IMG/VR virus record: IMGVR_UViG_2541047680_000004
DNA length: 64,000 nt
Reading direction: 5' to 3' (one strand)
Source: a virus
Taxonomy: Duplodnaviria > Heunggongvirae > Uroviricota > Caudoviricetes
The translations under genes were made by a program, and so were the position numbers. Positions 56,083-64,000 of the stretch are shown one piece after another. Each line of letters begins with the position of its first letter. The first letter of the stretch is position 1. The notes beneath the pieces were generated by a model. The model was not told the origin of the DNA and ran no database searches. It saw nothing but the letters and a program-made list of their open reading frames with translations.

Positions 56083-56100
56083 AGTAAGTATTTACCTATC
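56083..56100. promoter_or_regulatory. family-2 dyad-like motif
   Basis: AGTAAGTATTTACCTATC. Confidence 0.3.
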
Positions 56101-57784
56101 ATTTAACGCGTTTGAAAACGTATACGCTGACTGTGATCCCGGTATCTTCAAACTCGTTGGTAAACGACTTCCCTCTGGCATAAACGTAATTATCCATCGT
56201 CATCCAGTCCAGTATTGGCGCAGTGCCCGGCAATACTGCTACAAGACGCCCGCCGACTTTCAGATGCCCCAGCGCAGCCATCGTGTGCTCTCTATGACGA
56301 CCAAGCGAGTACGGCGGGTTCATAACGATTTTGTCGAACTGATAACCTGCGTTGTTCTCAGACCACTTTATGAAGTCGCAGCAAATCGTGTTCGTATACC
56401 CTTTTCCACGCAGGATATCAGCGAAGAGAGGTGCGATTTCTATGCAGGTAACATCTTCCAGATCGGCGTTAATATAGGCCAGAAGATCCCCACGTCCGGC
56501 TTGAGGCTCCAGCAGCTTCTCACCAGGCTTCAATTCAGTGGCTCTGGCAACGTACTCAGCAATCAAGCGTGGGGTAGGGTAGAACTGGTGTGATTTTGTA
56601 TCCGGTATTAATCCGGTAGCCACAATCGTATTTAGCGTATGGCCGATCTCATACGGGAACTGCCAGTGCTTTTTCTCCTGCACGCCGCCAATGAAGCTCA
56701 GTGTGCGCTCAAGCTCTTCCACCTGCGACTTCTGGAGAGCTGAATCAGAGAAGTACCATACGCCTTTGTCTTTGCTCAATCGCCCGTCACGAAGCGCAGT
56801 GCGAACCGGCACGGAGATCGTCTTCTGGATTAAACCGAACTGCTTTGGTGCCCGTGTTTTTGGCGCAGTTCGGCATGGCGCGGGGATTGCAGCAGGCATA
56901 CTGTAAGCCAGCACCTCATTCAACTTCCAGGCCACGTCAGGATGTATTTCAAAGTGAACGTTGCCGTTCTTGAACATCTTCACGCGCATCAGATTTCCAT
57001 CGACGTTCATCCAGTCACCGGTCTGGCAGTCGTTTGCCCTATACGCAGCTGATAGCACCTCAGCAGTGCGGTTGATGGTAATAAATTCTTTGTGCGCGAA
57101 GAAATGAAGCAAGACACGCAGATCGTCGATGTAGTCCTCTTTGCGATAGTTCACGCTAACGCTGTCCCGCCAGAAATCAGAAATGCAGTCAGCGATTATC
57201 AGACGCTCGCTGAAACCGTTTGTCTTATTTGTCTTGTGCGCAGGACTCAGCGCCTTAAACAAGCCATACACGCGCTCAGAGAGATATTTGTGCCTGTCAT
57301 TCAGCAAATTAAGCATCGTGGGTATGACCGTTTCTGCTTTGAACTCCGGTACACCAACGAACTCTTTAACCTTCATCTGGTAGCCTGTTCTGTCAGTTTT
57401 GATGACTTCCTGTTTGCCCTCTATAAACTGCTCGCGCCACTCATCTCGACGGGAAGCTGGCATGATCAGCAAAACGTTAGTCATGTCCGTGACCTTCCTC
57501 CAGTACTCGGCCCAAATATTCTGTTTCACCCATTCCAGATCGACTTTATCCAACCAACCTCGATTTAAACGCGAGCGATCTTCATCTGGTCGATGGTTTA
57601 GTCTCAGCAGGCGATTAATCATGTTGTGGCGTTCGTCGCCATAAACGAAGTCGTGTACCTGATACATGAAGGCGATCTCTTTCTCGCACTCGGCCACGAT
57701 TTCGTGGATGACATTCATTTCCTGACGATAGTCGATAGCCGTGTTTGAGCTGGCATCGTCGATGATAGAAAGGGCTGTATTCAT
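56099..57784 (-). CDS. N6-adenine DNA methyltransferase with large N-terminal domain of unknown function
   Basis: C-terminal motifs FYPTP, LEPQAGRGDLL (SAM-binding-like) and NPPY; about 370-aa N-terminal region without recognised motif. Confidence 0.75.
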   Translation of the reverse strand: MNTALSIIDDASSNTAIDYRQEMNVIHEIVAECEKEIAFMYQVHDFVYGDERHNMINRLLRLNHRPDEDRSRLNRGWLDKVDLEWVKQNIWAEYWRKVTDMTNVLLIMPASRRDEWREQFIEGKQEVIKTDRTGYQMKVKEFVGVPEFKAETVIPTMLNLLNDRHKYLSERVYGLFKALSPAHKTNKTNGFSERLIIADCISDFWRDSVSVNYRKEDYIDDLRVLLHFFAHKEFITINRTAEVLSAAYRANDCQTGDWMNVDGNLMRVKMFKNGNVHFEIHPDVAWKLNEVLAYSMPAAIPAPCRTAPKTRAPKQFGLIQKTISVPVRTALRDGRLSKDKGVWYFSDSALQKSQVEELERTLSFIGGVQEKKHWQFPYEIGHTLNTIVATGLIPDTKSHQFYPTPRLIAEYVARATELKPGEKLLEPQAGRGDLLAYINADLEDVTCIEIAPLFADILRGKGYTNTICCDFIKWSENNAGYQFDKIVMNPPYSLGRHREHTMAALGHLKVGGRLVAVLPGTAPILDWMTMDNYVYARGKSFTNEFEDTGITVSVYVFKRVK

Positions 57785-57796
57785 AATTACACCATT

Positions 57797-57830
57797 AAAT
57801 AATTTGTTTTCTGATTGGTGTAATTATCGC
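57797..57830. promoter_or_regulatory. family-1 operator/promoter element
   Basis: AAATAATTTGTTTTCTGATTGGTGTAATTATCGC. Confidence 0.5.
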
Positions 57831-57925
57831 AAACTTGAAAAGGCATAAAAGCTGCATTCATAGGCGTTACAGCAGATTTAAGGCGTAAAAATGGGGGCTT
57901 TCGCCCCCTGTCGACTGGTGCAGTA

Positions 57926-58492
57926 TTAGAGTGCGTATTGCGTTTTGTGCGGCTGCTTATTCAAGTCATGGCGATGCGTGAGCTCCCGCATCATGTCTTC
58001 AAGGCGACTCTTTGTGTCGTCGAGCTGGTCGGCCATTGCACCTAAAAGCTGGCGAACGGCCATCGGATCGTCGCTGTTTAGTGATGGCATTTTATAACCT
58101 GCTTTAGAAGATATAAGGTTAATTGCAGACATCAACATCGTTAGAGAGGATTTAAGCCCGGCAATTTCACGATCTTTGCTGGCAATAATCGTCTCACTTT
58201 TATTACCGTCATGAGATCCTTGAGTCTCGCTCACCATATCCAAAGTCGCTTGCAACTTATCAGCTCTCTCTTTTTCAGCAAGATAATGAACACCGAAATG
58301 ATGTGCTAAAGCTACAATCTGAGTTGGCTCTTCAAAGGTGGACTCAAAATTAAGTGCTGTAACCACTCTCTCAAATATGGAAACGTCTTCTATTCCTCGA
58401 AGAATGGCTAACATTTTGACCAGTTCATTAGCATCCATTTCTTCGAATAAGGCGTTTTGTTCATCAGCTATCGCTTTGCATTTCTTGCACAT
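57926..58492 (-). CDS. hypothetical protein
   Basis: 188-aa ORF. Confidence 0.4.
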   Translation of the reverse strand: MCKKCKAIADEQNALFEEMDANELVKMLAILRGIEDVSIFERVVTALNFESTFEEPTQIVALAHHFGVHYLAEKERADKLQATLDMVSETQGSHDGNKSETIIASKDREIAGLKSSLTMLMSAINLISSKAGYKMPSLNSDDPMAVRQLLGAMADQLDDTKSRLEDMMRELTHRHDLNKQPHKTQYAL

Positions 58493-58510
58493 GTGTTTTT
58501 CCTAATGCTT

Positions 58511-58549
58511 AAACAAGTTGTTTTCTTATTGGCTTTATTGTGATGTGGC
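58511..58549. promoter_or_regulatory. family-1 operator/promoter element
   Basis: AAACAAGTTGTTTTCTTATTGGCTTTATTGTGATGTGGC. Confidence 0.5.
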
Positions 58550-58789
58550 ATAAAAGGGGAGCAAGCTAAACGTAAAGGTGCAAACTCTCTATTTCGGTCA
58601 ACGAAACACAAGGGCCATTTGGCCCTTGTCATTAGCACTTTGCTTTACGAACTAACGGATAAGCGAAGTAGATCGCCAAACCAATGAGGACGCCATCAGA
58701 AATGACAGACATCATCTTTCCCGTAAAATCCACCAACACCGCCATCACCAGAAGAGCAATGACGATCACAAGCCGGAATCTCTCAAGCA

Positions 58790-59215
58790 TTAGAGATAAG
58801 CATCCAGTGACAACTGAAGCGCCTGGGCGATCTTTTTCAGTGCCTGCTCTTCTTGTTCACCAATGCCGTCCTGATCGGCAATATCAAGGCACAGACACAG
58901 AACATCGACCGCCTCTGGAGTACCCGCAATATCAGACAGCTCACGAATAGCCTGTGCATTAGCAGAACGAGGGGACGCTTCGTAACGAGCACGGATATTG
59001 GCGCTCATTTGGGCAATTTCACCAGCAAACGGAGAAAACGCAGGCAGAGCTGCAATTGTCTTCTCAAGAATGGCAATTTCTTTTGCGTCACATGTGCCGT
59101 CGGCATAGGAGATCATGTACGCGCCCCACACGGTGGCCTCAACCGCATCACGGTTCTCCATTTTTTTGACTTCGATAACAGCTTTACGAGTTTTCTTTTT
59201 GAAGAAACCTAACAT
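58790..59215 (-). CDS. hypothetical protein (possible TerB-like fold)
   Basis: 141 aa; loose resemblance to TerB-type pattern (YADG..E..L); weak. Confidence 0.35.
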   Translation of the reverse strand: MLGFFKKKTRKAVIEVKKMENRDAVEATVWGAYMISYADGTCDAKEIAILEKTIAALPAFSPFAGEIAQMSANIRARYEASPRSANAQAIRELSDIAGTPEAVDVLCLCLDIADQDGIGEQEEQALKKIAQALQLSLDAYL

Positions 59216-59238
59216 GTGTTTTCCTTTTATTATTTGTC

Positions 59239-59270
59239 AAAACAAGTTGTTTTCTAATTACATAAATTGC
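59239..59270. promoter_or_regulatory. family-1 operator/promoter element
   Basis: AAAACAAGTTGTTTTCTAATTACATAAATTGC. Confidence 0.5.
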
Positions 59271-59308
59271 TTACGCAGAGATGGTCAATGCATATGCACT
59301 AACAGCCG

Positions 59309-59497
59309 TCAGAAATAACCAAGTACCGAACCAACTGGAAAAACAAAAATCCCAACTACACGAGCCAAGGTCATGCCAGCCTGAAACTGGAGATCGCCAG
59401 AGCAAACAAGTTTTATAATGTTCGATACCCAACCGGCGGCCATGAGGGCAAGAATTGCCAGCCAAATTTTTCCAAAGTGATTTGAAAACCAGTTCAT
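59309..59497 (-). CDS. small membrane protein
   Basis: 62 aa with two hydrophobic helices. Confidence 0.35.
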   Translation of the reverse strand: MNWFSNHFGKIWLAILALMAAGWVSNIIKLVCSGDLQFQAGMTLARVVGIFVFPVGSVLGYF

Positions 59498-59506
59498 ACA
59501 ACCGCC

Positions 59507-60001
59507 TTAGTCACAGCATGATCCTGAGTAACTGGATGAACTTGAGGTATCGCATCCACCGCCATCCCATCCAGAGTGACAGGACGCTCCACTGGAGTGG
59601 TGGTAATTGTCGTCGACGAAGGTGTGGTGATGGATGAATCCGGCATCAAAAGGCTCTGACCGGCTGGAACGGCTACCGTCGCCAGTGAAACTATAATGAG
59701 AACGTAGGCCATTGGTTTCAGCCTCTTTCTTTGAAAATTTTCCATTCGAACTGTCCTTGTTGTTTTTCTCCTTCACTAAAGGCCGTGCATTTTTCGCTTC
59801 GCGTGAAGAACCAGAGGCAACAATCGCCCCCACGTTCGCAACAACTGACGCTTGATTATCTAAACGTTCATTCAGCAACCGAACGGTAGTCTCTAGTTCA
59901 TCAAGACGTGACATAACACGACCGCTAAATAATTCGGCCAAAATTTGACGTAAAGAACGAGGACGTTTAGTTACAGAAGTGAAATAGGTTTGACGTGCCA
60001 T
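59507..60001 (-). CDS. hypothetical protein (N-terminal coiled coil, low-complexity C-terminus)
   Basis: first about 75 aa protein-like; remainder Ser/Gly/His-rich and overlapped by another ORF with a signal-peptide-like start (59494..59745). Confidence 0.3.
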   Translation of the reverse strand: MARQTYFTSVTKRPRSLRQILAELFSGRVMSRLDELETTVRLLNERLDNQASVVANVGAIVASGSSREAKNARPLVKEKNNKDSSNGKFSKKEAETNGLRSHYSFTGDGSRSSRSEPFDAGFIHHHTFVDDNYHHSSGASCHSGWDGGGCDTSSSSSYSGSCCD

Positions 60002-60130
60002 GTGGACTCCATCCAGTGTCAGAAAGAGTTGCGGCTGGCGATTGCCAGCCGCCTTTCTCGTTCCATCCTGGAACTGTGTCTTACCGACACATTGTCATCC
60101 TGACGCCGATAAGATACATGATTTAAAATG

Positions 60131-60153
60131 ATAGGTAAACACTTACTTACTAT
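60131..60153. promoter_or_regulatory. family-2 dyad-like motif
   Basis: ATAGGTAAACACTTACTTACTAT. Confidence 0.3.
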
Positions 60154-60740
60154 TTGTTATAAACAAAACCAATATCTTTCTTGTGAGGCATATCTGCTGC
60201 TGAAAAAGCTGCGATCTTCGCGAGTCGATCACATATTTCATTTTCACGATGCCCGGCGTGACCTTTAACCCACTTCCAGCGAACATTATGTCGACTTGCG
60301 GCCTCATCCAGACGCTTCCACAGATCAACATTCTTTACCGGTTTTTTGTCAGAAGTCATCCATCCATTGCGTTTCCACCATTTCATCCACTGTGTCATGC
60401 CGTTTTTCAGATACTGGCTATCAGAGTGCAAAATAACGTTGCATGGATATTTCAAACGCTCCAGCCCGATAAGTGCCCCCATCATCTCCATGCGGTTATT
60501 GGTGGTGCTATGAAAACCATCTGAGAACTCGCGTTCCTCACCACGATACTGGAGAACGATACCGTAACCGCCCGGGCCACCCGGATTTTTAAGGCAAGAG
60601 CCATCACTAAAGATTTTCACGGTTTTAAGCTGGGGATTGAACTCTACGACAGGCGTTGTGGGATTGGTGCGGGGAGAATTTTTGTTTTTGTCTTTTTTGC
60701 GAGTTTTTGCTTGCGATCGGGCTGGTGTCTTCGTCGTCAT
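60150..60740 (-). CDS. ribonuclease H (RNase HI family) with basic N-terminal extension
   Basis: SDGSC, NNRME, HSDSQY, VKGHAGH, NE..D motifs; start set at MTTKT with RBS AGGAG. Confidence 0.8.
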   Translation of the reverse strand: MTTKTPARSQAKTRKKDKNKNSPRTNPTTPVVEFNPQLKTVKIFSDGSCLKNPGGPGGYGIVLQYRGEEREFSDGFHSTTNNRMEMMGALIGLERLKYPCNVILHSDSQYLKNGMTQWMKWWKRNGWMTSDKKPVKNVDLWKRLDEAASRHNVRWKWVKGHAGHRENEICDRLAKIAAFSAADMPHKKDIGFVYNK

Positions 60741-60839
60741 ATAAACTCCTGAATCAAGCGCCGCGCCGATTTTTCCTCGCGCGTGCGCACACGCGTGCGT
60801 GTTAATAATTATTAAAATAAACAAATTACTTCCCAGAAC

Positions 60840-61205
60840 AGGTTTTTATAAACCTGAACTGAACGAACGAAGTGAGTGACGTTCACCTCGAACGAAGTGA
60901 GAGGTTGTCTTTTCAGGTAATACTCTCCCAGGGAGGTGAGTATAAAATTCCTCACCAACCTGGTCGTTTCATAACCTGAAAAGCTATGGTCTAAGTCTAC
61001 TGCCAGCTTAGACTTGGGAAGTTATGGATGACAGCACCCCAGAACCGAGATCTTCCCACACTTTATGAAGGGGAGTACTGGATTCAACCTCTCGAAACAC
61101 CCCAGACTCGACAATCATAAAGTGACCCTTGTCTCTGCTCACTTTGGTTCCCCCTTCCCCGACACCTATACGGCACCGGTTCTACGCTGGTAGTGAGCTT
61201 TTTTA
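60840..61205 (+). ncRNA. candidate structured noncoding RNA (antisense to flanking genes)
   Basis: ORF-free 480-bp gap; nested inverted repeats CTTTTCAGGT/ACCTGAAAAG and GGTGAG/CTCACC; duplicated GAACGAAGTGAG; plus-strand hairpin GCTCACT..AGTGAGC followed by TTTTTT at 61137-61205. Confidence 0.3.
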
Positions 61206-61321
61206 AACCTGACGCCAGTGACGCTTACCCCCACCCATCAGGTCGAGCCTCCAGTCTACGACTGGAAACTATCAGATCTTAGCACTTACAATTCACTTTA
61301 TGAATAGTTTGTACTTATCTA

Positions 61322-61576
61322 TCATTGTGATTGATTATTTTCTCGACCATGTAGTTGAACATTCAAGGCAAACACCTCATTGATCAACTCACCTAAAAGC
61401 TGTTCAACAAGTTCGCGATGCTCGCCAAGATGCAAGCACTTAATTGCCCACTCGTACAAGTTGAAAGCCTGCTCACGATCTTTCATCATTTCACGAGCCT
61501 GGGCCAGAAAATCGCTCTCTACGAGCGCAACGACATTAGTCGGGTATGACATGTTGGTTTCCTTAAAGTGGTTCAT
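61322..61576 (-). CDS. hypothetical protein
   Basis: 84-aa ORF. Confidence 0.35.
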   Translation of the reverse strand: MNHFKETNMSYPTNVVALVESDFLAQAREMMKDREQAFNLYEWAIKCLHLGEHRELVEQLLGELINEVFALNVQLHGRENNQSQ

Positions 61577-61659
61577 AAAATCGATTTTAAAGCGTCTGGG
61601 AAGGGGGTCTAGTGGATTCTGTAGTGATGTTCAGGTCTGGGAGTCTCTGATACAAAACA

Positions 61660-61716
61660 GCCTGCTTCCGTATATTAATAATTAATATGTAGTTATTTAT
61701 ATATACAGAAGCAGGC
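61660..61716. repeat. large AT-centred palindromic element, copy 2
   Basis: arms GCCTGCTTCCGTATAT / ATATACAGAAGCAGGC; GGTCTGG 19 nt upstream. Confidence 0.6.
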
Positions 61717-61738
61717 TAATTACAGACGCCAGAGCAAA

Positions 61739-62332
61739 CTAAGCAGCCTTCTTTGATGGTCTTTTTTTCCTGATCACATTCGCAGGATCATACCCTCCCA
61801 GACTTTTCATGACGTCCAAAGGGATCTTGCTTATAGAGTGCCCAGCGTCCTGACAAAACCCTCGAAAAACAACGAGCATACTGCCACCGGGGTTGATGTT
61901 TACTTCTACCTGACCCAAATTGACGTCAGGCTCGACAAACGCAACGCGGCCACCAGACAGAATAATCGTCTCATTCGCATACTCTGTTGCACGCTCATAC
62001 CACTTTGTATCGAGGGATTGAGGAATTAGCATCACTGTTGTAACTCCGCGAGCCTGCTCACGTATAGCCGCATCAATCCAGGGGGAGATTTTGGAGTAGG
62101 GTGGATTGAGGAAGGCAATTGTACCTGGCTGCCCCCATTCAGATTTCAAAGCATCGCGCTCAACGCCTATGAAAATAGGCAGCTTTGCATTGTCCTTGTT
62201 GCAGGCAACGTCAACATCAAATGTCACTCCAAGATAACGTTGAATGGCAGAAAACAGCCAATCAGGTGTTCTCCAGAGGTCACGAAGAGAGTTGTCGCGC
62301 TTTCGCTGTTTGATTTTTTCGGCTGCAATCAT
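61739..62332 (-). CDS. phage-type DNA N6-adenine methyltransferase (Dam-like)
   Basis: motifs RTPDWLF, FDVDVAC and FLNPPYS; 197 aa; no adjacent restriction partner. Confidence 0.8.
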   Translation of the reverse strand: MIAAEKIKQRKRDNSLRDLWRTPDWLFSAIQRYLGVTFDVDVACNKDNAKLPIFIGVERDALKSEWGQPGTIAFLNPPYSKISPWIDAAIREQARGVTTVMLIPQSLDTKWYERATEYANETIILSGGRVAFVEPDVNLGQVEVNINPGGSMLVVFRGFCQDAGHSISKIPLDVMKSLGGYDPANVIRKKRPSKKAA

Positions 62333-62342
62333 CTTCTTCCTC

Positions 62343-62364
62343 GATAGGTAAGTGATTACCTATT
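62343..62364. promoter_or_regulatory. family-2 perfect dyad ATAGGTAA-GTGA-TTACCTAT
   Basis: 8-4-8 palindrome about 10 bp upstream of the methyltransferase start. Confidence 0.35.
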
Positions 62365-62514
62365 TTTGCATTTGATTTTATGTATGGCAATCAAATAAAA
62401 CGCGCCAGAAATGCGAACAAGAAGCTCTCTGGCGCGTTTTTGTGGTGCTGGGTATGGGTTAGCTTACCCAGCACTATAAAGCTCTCTATGGGCTTTATTT
62501 TCAGTAGGGGAACG

Positions 62515-63324
62515 TCATCCAATAGTGTACTCCGCGACAAACTTCTTAACGATCGGTGATTCTTCGTTCAATGTTAGATTTCCACCGTCTCTAACAGCAA
62601 TTCCTGTAGCTGGAAATACAGCCATCATTTGCCCAGCCTGAGTTGACGCAGTGTTAAGCGGATACGGTTTTTCTGGATTGCTCATTAAAGCAATCTTAAT
62701 ACTATTACTTGTAGCCTTCTTTTCTGTGAGAAGGTGTCTCATGGAAATTACCGTGTAAACACTAATATCTGGACCTCCGCTAAACCAATTAAGAAGGTTT
62801 AATATCTTATCCTTTGCTTTGACAGGCGCGTTTTCGTAAGCGTCTAAGAAAATATCTTTTTCTAAGCCTGCTTTATTGAAAAACAAATCATCTTTATCAC
62901 TTAAAGTAAAACGAGGACCTCTTGCAGTACGAGCTTTTTTATTTGTATTGCTATCATTTGACTGTTGAACTTTTAATTCATCATTAACCTCAACACACTC
63001 TTCAACCTCAATAAACCCCAATTGTTCTGGCTCGTTTTCGGCAGATTCAACACTTTCAGCCTTAATTACGTTTATAGGCTCATGAGCTAACTCCAACTCA
63101 TTTAAAGCGGAGCTGAAATCACCTGCTTTTTCTTCATTGAACAGTTCTTCGGCAACATCATCAGAACTCATGGCTACGCCAGCATCGAGGCCGAGAAGCA
63201 GATCGTCAATATCATCAGTATTTTCAACCTGTGCAGCTTTTTTTACTGGTTCATCAAGTGATTGCAACATGGCTGTCAGCTCATCCAGATCATCATTTGT
63301 CATTACATTTTCAACCGAACTCAT
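62515..63324 (-). CDS. hypothetical protein with highly acidic N-terminal half
   Basis: 269 aa; Asp/Glu-rich first 120 aa. Confidence 0.4.
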   Translation of the reverse strand: MSSVENVMTNDDLDELTAMLQSLDEPVKKAAQVENTDDIDDLLLGLDAGVAMSSDDVAEELFNEEKAGDFSSALNELELAHEPINVIKAESVESAENEPEQLGFIEVEECVEVNDELKVQQSNDSNTNKKARTARGPRFTLSDKDDLFFNKAGLEKDIFLDAYENAPVKAKDKILNLLNWFSGGPDISVYTVISMRHLLTEKKATSNSIKIALMSNPEKPYPLNTASTQAGQMMAVFPATGIAVRDGGNLTLNEESPIVKKFVAEYTIG

Positions 63325-63447
63325 GTAAGTCTCCTTCTGTTTAGTTGCATTTGCGTTTCGATGGCTACATTTTGACTAAACCTATCAGGCGGAAAAGTAT
63401 TAAATACAGGCAGGAAATGATTGAAAGGCGACTGTTCTTTAAAAGAA

Positions 63448-63486
63448 AGCCTGCTTCAAACTCTCTTTAAAGCAGGCTTTTGTTTT
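63448..63486. terminator. terminator hairpin related to the palindromic elements
   Basis: AGCCTGCTT..AAGCAGGCT stem followed by TTTTGTTTT. Confidence 0.5.
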
Positions 63487-63784
63487 ACACAATTTCAGAG
63501 GGTAATTTAAAAAATCCGTATTTATTACGTGCCTTAAAGAAGCATTGCATCATTAAGTTTGTGTCATATAAGGCACTATGTGCTTTGGCATGATCGTATA
63601 TAAAGCCAAGAGAGAAGGCCAATTCTTCAAGGCGAGGACGTTTACCGTCTTCTGTGGCCCACAATCCCGATAACATAGTATCTATAACGGGAACGTCTGG
63701 CAGTCTTACTCCATACCCTGAAAACTCGTGTCGAATAAATGGTATATCAAACGCTTCGCCGTTATGAGCAATCCACGCACTACA
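63485..63784 (-). pseudogene. DnaQ-like (DEDDh) 3'-5' exonuclease gene, 5'-truncated by IS10
   Basis: C-terminal reading frame contains HNGEAFDIPF (Exo II-like) and HSALYD (Exo III-like); reading frame runs into the IS10 end at 63785 with no Exo I region. Confidence 0.65.
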
Positions 63785-64000
63785 CTGATGAATCCCCTAA
63801 TGATTTTGGTAAAAATCATTAAGTTAAGGTAGATACACATCTTGTCATATGATCAAATGGTTTCGCGAAAAATCAATAATCAGACAACAAGATGTGCGAA
63901 CTCGATATTTTACACGACTCTCTTTACCAATTCTGCCCCGAATTACACTTAAAACGACTCAACAGCTTAACGTTGGCTTGCCACGCCTTACTTGACTGTA
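63785..64000 (+). mobile_element. IS10 (IS4 family) end, partial, continues beyond window
   Basis: sequence from CTGATGAATCCCCTAATGATTTTGGTAAAAATCATTAAG matches the IS10 terminal sequence as I recall it. Confidence 0.85.
63892..64000 (+). CDS. IS10 transposase, N-terminal fragment (partial at window edge)
   Basis: translation MCELDILHDSLYQFCPELHLKRLNSLTLACHALLD. Confidence 0.85.
   Translation, partial: MCELDILHDSLYQFCPELHLKRLNSLTLACHALLDC

Noticed and set aside
59494-59745. 83-aa ORF with signal-peptide-like start overlapping 59507..60001
   Set aside because: Overlaps most of another ORF in a different frame; sequence alone cannot decide which is translated, so only the longer ORF is listed, at low confidence.
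50300-61320. tRNA or tmRNA gene (possible attachment site) in the structured non-coding regions at 50.3-50.7 kb and 60.8-61.3 kb
   Set aside because: No cloverleaf with a GTTC-type T-arm or CCA-proximal acceptor stem and no tmRNA tag-like reading frame was recognisable by eye; left as candidate ncRNA instead.
1-64000. Integrase and attachment sites
   Set aside because: No tyrosine or serine recombinase motif was recognised in any ORF in the window; element ends cannot be placed.

Overview
The window is Escherichia-type DNA dominated by a lambda-like siphovirus element with phage-plasmid hallmarks, split into two arms by the core genes metG and mrp/apbC (46.2-49.5 kb). Left arm (1-46.1 kb, mostly minus strand): a small ParA partition ATPase with a downstream partner, a lysis cassette, a giant side tail fiber, a lambda J/I/K/L/M/H/G-T/V-like tail module, a head module (Ig-like protein, capsid, scaffold, portal, TerL, TerS), then an unusual operon directly upstream of terS (two ParB/Srx-like proteins, a small ABC ATPase, a GNAT-like protein, a wHTH protein), a divergent SF2-helicase operon, a low-GC three-gene moron, and five small genes bracketed by two iteron clusters next to a GT-rich ORF-free repeat region. 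Right arm (49.5-63.8 kb, minus strand): a LexA-box-controlled UmuD'-like gene, a SpoT-like HD hydrolase, two adenine methyltransferases, RNase H, and a DnaQ-like exonuclease gene cut by an IS10 end (63785-64000). Two dispersed dyad motif families sit at operon starts on both arms. No rRNA, tRNA, CRISPR array or integrase was recognised. The candidate undescribed system I rank highest is the ParB-ParB-ABC ATPase-GNAT-wHTH operon, followed by the iteron-bracketed small-gene island. All calls rest on motifs read by eye from the supplied translations; no database search was run.
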